A stretch of 22,179 bases of DNA from a bacterium (GTDB lineage Bacteria > CALINM01). Positions 17,064 to 22,179 of the stretch are shown piece after piece. Within the stretch, counting starts at the first letter, position 1; each line of letters opens with the position of its first letter. The DNA lies in NCBI GenBank assembly GCA_041640455.1, contig JBEQAF010000032.1, positions 1 through 22,179 of the forward strand, written 5' to 3'. The position numbers and the translations under genes were made by a program. The notes below the pieces were generated by a model. It was not told the DNA's origin. It made no database searches and was given only the letters and a program-made list of their open reading frames with translations.

Positions 17064-18034
17064 AATGTTATTGCCTCAATTAACACCGTTGGTGGTTTTT
17101 TAAATTTTATAATTTTACTGATTTTAAAAGGCTGACTTTCTATCAGAGTCTTTAACTCATTTACCGTATAGTTATCCCCACCATTGCTGTGCAAAAGCAT
17201 ATTCAGACAAAAAACCACATTATCCTTTGGGTAGCTTCTTTTTTCGTTTAAATAAAATTCGTGAATATATAGCTTACCACCTTTTTTAAGAGCTCCATAG
17301 GATTTTTCAATGGCAGTCCTGCCAAGCTCTCTGCTCAGAGAATGTAGCACCTGAGATATTAAAATCAGTTCGTAGCCTTTACCAAAATCTTTTTCCTGAA
17401 GCCCACCTTCAATAAAGCTTACCCTATCGCTAAGCCCTTCCTGCTCAATTTTTTCTCTGGCAACAAAGGTTGCCGATGGCAGGTCAAGAATAACAGCTTT
17501 AAGATTTTTATTAATATTCAACATCTCCCTTAAATAGGTGGCTGGTCCTGAACCAATGTCAAGAATTTTTTTTGCCTCTTTAAAATCAATTTTTTCAATT
17601 ATATTTTTCTTATAAAACTTTGTAAGATTATCCATCCCGTTAATAAAATGGTAGCTTTCTTCCTTATCCTTTTTTCTGCTGTCAAAGGGTTTGCCCGTTT
17701 TTACTGCTCTTGGTAGATTCCCCCAGTCATTCCACATATTTGAGTAATGCCTGAGGATGGACAAAATATTTTTATCACTCTTACTTATAAGGTATGGCGC
17801 ATATTTTTCTTTTAACCTGTACTTGTCAGACCTTTTCTCAATAAAGTTTAGAGATGTTAAGGCATCGAGTAGCATTCTCATAGCTCTACTATCAGCTTTA
17901 ATTTTTTTTGCAAGAGAGTTAGCAGTAGAATAATTTTCAAGCTGATCAAAAATATTCAGATTTATGGCAGTAAGCAGTACCTGAGAATCCCAGAAAGCTC
18001 TGCCAATACCAAGAAGATCTTTCAACTCTTTCAT
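17051..18034 (-). CDS. SAM-dependent O-methyltransferase (dimerisation + Methyltransf_2)
   Basis: SQVLLTAINLNIFD N-terminal domain, ILDIGSGPA SAM motif, SQVLH, LKKGGKLYIHE. Confidence 0.88.
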   Translation of the reverse strand: MKELKDLLGIGRAFWDSQVLLTAINLNIFDQLENYSTANSLAKKIKADSRAMRMLLDALTSLNFIEKRSDKYRLKEKYAPYLISKSDKNILSILRHYSNMWNDWGNLPRAVKTGKPFDSRKKDKEESYHFINGMDNLTKFYKKNIIEKIDFKEAKKILDIGSGPATYLREMLNINKNLKAVILDLPSATFVAREKIEQEGLSDRVSFIEGGLQEKDFGKGYELILISQVLHSLSRELGRTAIEKSYGALKKGGKLYIHEFYLNEKRSYPKDNVVFCLNMLLHSNGGDNYTVNELKTLIESQPFKISKIIKFKKPPTVLIEAITLRGG

Positions 18035-18046
18035 CCATTACCTCAG

Positions 18047-19063
18047 TTAAAGATATTTTTTTATAAGCACCTCTGCAATCTGAATGGCGTTTAAAGCGGC
18101 ACCTTTTCTCAGCTGGTCGCCCACTATCCACATGGAAAGCCCTTTCTCACAGGAAATATCCTCCCTGATTCTACCTACATAACAGTCATCAGTGCCTGAA
18201 AGAAATAGTGGCATGGGATATTTTTTGTTTTGCGGATCGTCAATGACCGTTACACCGGCGGCACTGGACAACAATTCAATGGCTTTATCTCTGGTAATTT
18301 TTTTCTCCGTTTCTATAGTAACAGCCTCTGAATGACATCTAAACACAGGTACCCTAACGGTAGTTGCAGTTACGTTAATAGAAGTATCCCCCATAATCTT
18401 TCTGGTCTCATTTACCATCTTCATCTCTTCTTTTGTATAAAAATTGTCAGTAAATACATCTATCTGAGGTATAAGATTAAAGGCAATCTGATATGCAAGG
18501 GCAGAAACCTTTATCTCCTCCCCTTTTACATACTGTCTTACCTGATTATCCAGCTCTGCCATAGCCTTAGCTCCTGCCCCTGATACTGCCTGATAGCTTG
18601 ATACTACGACTCTCTTAATCCTGGCGTAGTCGTGGAGAGGTTTTAAAGGCACAACCATTATTATAGTGGTACAGTTGGGGTTTGCAATTATCCCCTTTTT
18701 TTTATACAAAGCTATATCCTGCTCATTCACCTCAGGAACCACAAGCGGCACATCAGGATCCATCCTGAAAGCTGAGCTGTTATCGATTACCACAGCCCCT
18801 GACTCCGCTGCATGGGGCGCAAACTCTTTACTCCTGTCCCCACCTGCGGAAAAGAGAGCGATATCAATATTTTTAAAAGAGTCTTTTTGGAGCTTCTCAA
18901 CAGTTAGCTCTTCTCCCTTAAACTTTATCTTTCTGCCAACACTTCTTTCTGATGCCAGAAGTCTAAGATTTTTAATGGGAAAGTTTCTCTGTTCCAGTAT
19001 CTCCAGAAAAACCTCACCTACTGCGCCAGTGGCACCTGCAATTGCCACATTATACTGTTTCAT
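18047..19063 (-). CDS. asd: Aspartate-semialdehyde dehydrogenase
   Basis: GATGAVG, IDNSSAFR, NPNCTT, SYQAVSGAG, RVPVFRCHSE, LRKGAALNAIQIAE. Confidence 0.97.
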   Translation of the reverse strand: MKQYNVAIAGATGAVGEVFLEILEQRNFPIKNLRLLASERSVGRKIKFKGEELTVEKLQKDSFKNIDIALFSAGGDRSKEFAPHAAESGAVVIDNSSAFRMDPDVPLVVPEVNEQDIALYKKKGIIANPNCTTIIMVVPLKPLHDYARIKRVVVSSYQAVSGAGAKAMAELDNQVRQYVKGEEIKVSALAYQIAFNLIPQIDVFTDNFYTKEEMKMVNETRKIMGDTSINVTATTVRVPVFRCHSEAVTIETEKKITRDKAIELLSSAAGVTVIDDPQNKKYPMPLFLSGTDDCYVGRIREDISCEKGLSMWIVGDQLRKGAALNAIQIAEVLIKKYL

Positions 19064-19109
19064 TTTTTATTAACTCCTTTCTATAGGTTTAGATGATTAA
19101 TTAATAATT

Positions 19110-19712
19110 TTAAAGCTTTTTGGCAATACGGGCTAATCTCCTGCCAAGTGCAAAGGCAAGAGCAAGCTCAGTCTCATCAGGTGGAATATCTGCCATAGCA
19201 CCAGAAACAGATGAAGCACCGTAGGGTGTGCCACCTTTTTTAGTAGTAATGAGACCCATCTCAGAATAAGGTATTCCAACAATTATAGCTCCATGATGAA
19301 TCATAGGAAACATCATGGACACAAGAGTTGTTTCATTTCCACCATGCATGGAAGATGTGGAGGTTATAAAACCCACTGGCTTATCAATAAGAGCGCCTTC
19401 AAGCCAGACCTTTGATGTGGAGTCTATAAACATTTTCATTGGGGCAGACATGTTTCCGAACCTTGTAGGAGAGCCCAGAATCAGCCCATCACAATTTTTC
19501 AGATCTTCAGCCACAGCTTCTGGCAGTTTTGAATACTCATCATGTGCTTTCGTCCATCTTTCGTTTTTCTGAATAATCTCCTCAGGCTCAAATATCTTTA
19601 CCCTTTTTATCTCCGCCTGACAGCCTTCAGATTCAACCCCTTCAGCCGCCTTTTTAACAAGCATCATTGTGTTACCGTATCTGGTGTCAAAAACTAAGAG
19701 AATCTTTTTCAT
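19110..19712 (-). CDS. wrbA: NAD(P)H:quinone oxidoreductase WrbA family; start corrected to the ATG after AGGAGG
   Basis: TRYGNT, GSPTRFGNM, SSMHGGNETTL, GGTPYGAS. Confidence 0.93.
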   Translation of the reverse strand: MKKILLVFDTRYGNTMMLVKKAAEGVESEGCQAEIKRVKIFEPEEIIQKNERWTKAHDEYSKLPEAVAEDLKNCDGLILGSPTRFGNMSAPMKMFIDSTSKVWLEGALIDKPVGFITSTSSMHGGNETTLVSMMFPMIHHGAIIVGIPYSEMGLITTKKGGTPYGASSVSGAMADIPPDETELALAFALGRRLARIAKKL

Positions 19713-19721
19713 AAACACCTC

Positions 19722-20423
19722 CTATTTAAGCTTTAAAAATCTTAAAACCTTTGATATCACCTCTTCTTCGCTATCCAGCACCTCGATTAGCTGTAAATCC
19801 TCCTTATCAATTAGTTTATTCTTTAGCGTCTCCTTACTAAGCCAGTCAACAAGCCCCTTCCAGTAGCTTTTGCCCACCAGTATGAGTGGAAAGGGTTTTA
19901 TCTTTTTAGTCTGTATCAGCGTTAAGGCTTCCATAAGCTCATCTAAGGTACCAAAACCACCAGGAAAAATGATAAAGCTGGAGGAGTATTTAACAAGCAT
20001 AACCTTTCTGATAAAAAAATAATGAAAGCTTACAAGCACATTACAATAGGGATTTGGCTTCTGTTCCAGCGGTAGTTCTATGTTACATCCCACTGATTTT
20101 CCACCTTTCTCAAAAGCACCTCTGTTTGCACCCTCCATAATTCCAGGTCCACCACCTGTCAGGGTAGATATGCCATACTCAGCAAGAGCGCCTGTGATAT
20201 TTCTTGCCATCTTATAATATTTATTGTTTGGCTTAGCTCTTGAAGATCCGAATACAGTAACAGCTGGCACAATGTTACTTAGCTTTTCAAACCCCTCAAC
20301 CATCTCCGCAAGTACCCTGAAAATCCTCCATGTATCCCCAACCTTTATGGCATCAATAACATACTGCTTTTCTCTAATATCAAGATGTTTATTGTTCATC
20401 AAAGTTTCAAGCATCTCATCCAT
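19722..20423 (-). CDS. LOG family (TIGR00730) nucleotide phosphoribohydrolase
   Basis: VTVFGSSR, TGGGPGIMEGANRGA, YFFIRK, PGGFGTLDE. Confidence 0.93.
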   Translation of the reverse strand: MDEMLETLMNNKHLDIREKQYVIDAIKVGDTWRIFRVLAEMVEGFEKLSNIVPAVTVFGSSRAKPNNKYYKMARNITGALAEYGISTLTGGGPGIMEGANRGAFEKGGKSVGCNIELPLEQKPNPYCNVLVSFHYFFIRKVMLVKYSSSFIIFPGGFGTLDELMEALTLIQTKKIKPFPLILVGKSYWKGLVDWLSKETLKNKLIDKEDLQLIEVLDSEEEVISKVLRFLKLK

Positions 20424-21319
20424 TATTTAAAAAGCCCCTCTGCAAACTCCTTTGAATTGAAAAACTCAAGGTCATCCACCTTCTCTCCAGTGCCGATAAA
20501 TTTTACAGGAACATTAAACTCTCTGGATACGTTAACCAGTATGCCTCCTTTAGCAGTCCCATCCAGTTTGGTCATAATAATACCCGAAATATCTATCAGC
20601 TCTTTAAAAGTCTTTGTTTGAGATAGCGCATTCTGACCAACTGTAGCATCAAGTATTAGTAGAGTCTCCTGAGGATAAGCATCATTCTCTCTTTTGAGTA
20701 CCCTCTTAATCTTTCTAAGCTCTTCCATGAGATTAGATTTGGTATGAAGTCTCCCCGCTGTATCAATTATCAATACCTGGGCATTTTTTGACTGGGCATA
20801 TTTAAGACTATCATAGGCTACTGCAGCCGGATCAGCCCCTTCCTTTTGCTTAACCACATCAATATCAAGCCTTTTTCCCCATACCTCAAGCTGCTCTATC
20901 GCAGCGGCACGAAATGTATCAGCTGCGCCAAAAACCACAGTCATACCTTGCTTTTTAAAAAAATTACCCAGTTTTGCAATGGTAGTAGTCTTACCAACTC
21001 CGTTTACACCAACCACAAGAATGCAGAAAGGTGAAGGTGGTAAAATCTTGAATCCATTATCACTGGAACTCATGATAGCTGACACAATCTCAACAAGATT
21101 TGTCTTTAGATCATCCTGATTCTTAATATTTCTCTTTTTGAGCTCCACGATAAGCTGAGATACTGTTTCATAGCCCATATCGGCTGTAATCAGCAGACTT
21201 TCAATCTCATCCCATGTTTCATCATCAATGGTGTTTCTGCTGAATATCTGATTGAAACCAATAATCAGCTTGTCATGGGTTTTAGAAAGGCTTTCCTTTA
21301 TTTTGCTAAAAAAATTCAT
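20423..21319 (-). CDS. ftsY: SRP receptor FtsY (NG domain only)
   Basis: GVNGVGKTTT, DTFRAAA, DTAGR, TKLDGTAKGG, GTGEKVDDL. Confidence 0.97.
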   Translation of the reverse strand: MNFFSKIKESLSKTHDKLIIGFNQIFSRNTIDDETWDEIESLLITADMGYETVSQLIVELKKRNIKNQDDLKTNLVEIVSAIMSSSDNGFKILPPSPFCILVVGVNGVGKTTTIAKLGNFFKKQGMTVVFGAADTFRAAAIEQLEVWGKRLDIDVVKQKEGADPAAVAYDSLKYAQSKNAQVLIIDTAGRLHTKSNLMEELRKIKRVLKRENDAYPQETLLILDATVGQNALSQTKTFKELIDISGIIMTKLDGTAKGGILVNVSREFNVPVKFIGTGEKVDDLEFFNSKEFAEGLFK

Positions 21320-21663
21320 GAAATCTCTCTTGCAAATATATCAACCACTTTCCTCAGATTGTGATAGGCTCGTGGAGCAATCTCACTACCCTCAAAGTAA
21401 AGAAAGACGTAATAGTCCTTATTAACGGGCAAAAACTGTATGATTGCATTGCCGAACTTCATCTGAAAAAAATTTACCTCATCGACAGTCCTCAGGTTTT
21501 TAAAATGATTTAGAATGATAACCTGATATGCGCCCATCACCTTGAGGTCATAATCATCAATTTTTCCATAATGAACTACGCTCTCACCTTCCCAATCCAG
21601 CAGTATTGCGCCTTTAGCGTCAATTTTTTCAACCAGCTCTTTAAGCACTCTCTCAAAAGGCAT
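21316..21663 (-). CDS. Roadblock/LC7 (MglB-like) domain protein, 115 aa; start corrected to MPFERVL
   Basis: MPFERVLKELVEKIDAKGAILLDWEGESV...; helix/strand pattern typical of roadblock proteins; ATGA overlap with ftsY. Confidence 0.75.
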   Translation of the reverse strand: MPFERVLKELVEKIDAKGAILLDWEGESVVHYGKIDDYDLKVMGAYQVIILNHFKNLRTVDEVNFFQMKFGNAIIQFLPVNKDYYVFLYFEGSEIAPRAYHNLRKVVDIFAREIS

Positions 21664-21669
21664 TTCATT

Positions 21670-21699
21670 ATGATAAGAAAAAAAACATTGAAAAGTCAA
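21670..21699 (-). promoter_or_regulatory. Putative promoter of the roadblock-ftsY operon (leaderless)
   Basis: TTGACT (21694-99), 18 nt, TATCAT (21670-75), 6 nt, ATG 21663; no SD. Confidence 0.6.
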
Positions 21700-21727
21700 G
21701 GAGATTACCAACCCTGTACCAGATAGG

Positions 21728-22028
21728 TATAGACATATTAACCAGTTTTTTGATTTTATTGAAATAAAAGGATTTGAAGGGAAGGATGCAAAAGAAACCA
21801 TAAGCAGGAAAGAGGCTTTCCACAGAATACTTGATATAATGAAGAGACCGGGTTTCTCCTGGCAGAGGAAGGTAAGACCACTTAAAGGATGGAGGAACAG
21901 CCTATGAGCATTTTTTAAAAAGATAGAGCAATCAGCTGCTCCTTGTCTTAATTATGAGAACTTGCTTAAATCTGCTGAAATATTTAACATATTACTTAAA
22001 CCTTTTCAGACTGGTAAATATGTCTATA
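21728..22028. mobile_element. Non-autonomous IS remnant / MITE, probably IS630 family
   Basis: Inverted repeats TATAGACATATTAACCAGT (21728-46) and ACTGGTAAATATGTCTATA (22010-28), 18/19 match, TA at both ends; internal peptide ILDIMKRPGFSWQRKVRP resembles the IS630 wHTH motif. Confidence 0.62.
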
Positions 22029-22076
22029 TCAAATGTCCACTTTGTTGCTAAAGCCCTAACCTTCCATTTTCACGTT

Positions 22077-22178
22077 TCAACGACAAGCCTCCCACTCAAA
22101 CCTCTTTATATTTCTTTTTTTTCTATCAAACTCAATACCTACAAGATATATGGGAAGACCTAGTGACCTGTATTTTTC
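22077..22178 (-). CDS. Partial CDS: C-terminus of an AAA-ATPase/PD-(D/E)XK nuclease (PDDEXK_9/DUF1703-like) protein
   Basis: Hand translation ...EKYRSLGLPIYLVGIEFDRKKRNIKRFEWEACR*, matching the EKY...IYLIG(V/I)EF...RNI..FEWE ending I recognise for this family; truncated by the window edge. Confidence 0.75.
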   Translation of the reverse strand, partial: EKYRSLGLPIYLVGIEFDRKKRNIKRFEWEACR

Positions 22179-22179
22179 C

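Noticed and set aside
517..21034. Numerous 60-140 aa antisense or overlapping ORFs (e.g. 6046-6474, 8555-8980, 18666-19073)
   Set aside because: They are shadows of well-supported genes, with no motifs or translation signals
21664..21801. N-terminal extension of the 161-aa ORF
   Set aside because: It runs through the promoter and the IS-like element; the roadblock-like sequence starts at MPFERVL (21663)
21954..22163. 69-aa plus-strand ORF in the track
   Set aside because: No RBS or recognisable motif; it crosses the right IR and is antisense to a recognisable nuclease C-terminus
1..22179. CRISPR array, tRNA/rRNA, riboswitch, reverse transcriptase/DGR or integrase
   Set aside because: No spaced direct repeats, cloverleafs or such genes seen by eye; intergenic gaps are short. 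An Infernal/Rfam scan would be needed to exclude small ncRNAs

Overview
AT-rich bacterial chromosome segment, most likely from an anaerobe (Desulfobacterota/Nitrospirota-like by gene content; this is inference). It is mostly housekeeping and metabolic: aspA, TIGR01777, rmuC, yajQ, a ferritin-like diiron protein, a thermonuclease, a hybrid kinase plus REC-HD-GYP-GGDEF pair, pabB/pabC, a FNOR-cooF-cooS CO dehydrogenase operon, an O-methyltransferase, asd, wrbA, LOG, ftsY and a roadblock protein. Both edges look accessory. The left edge has an HTH-WYL regulator followed by a promoter and RBS for an unseen gene, possibly the start of a defence island. The right edge has the C-terminus of an AAA/PD-(D/E)XK-type gene. 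Items missed by the ORF track: (i) a 46-aa CxxC-x8-CxxC ORF coupled to the rubrerythrin-like gene; (ii) a 301-bp element with 19-bp terminal inverted repeats, TA ends and an IS630-like peptide remnant; (iii) a recurring pattern of operon heads with a -10 box 6-9 nt before the start codon and no Shine-Dalgarno (leaderless mRNAs); (iv) the partial nuclease CDS at the right edge. Also notable are a roadblock gene translationally coupled to a short FtsY and a CooS with a CxxC ([2Fe-2S]-type) D-cluster motif. No CRISPR array, rRNA or tRNA was seen, and no complete novel system can be demonstrated from this window alone.
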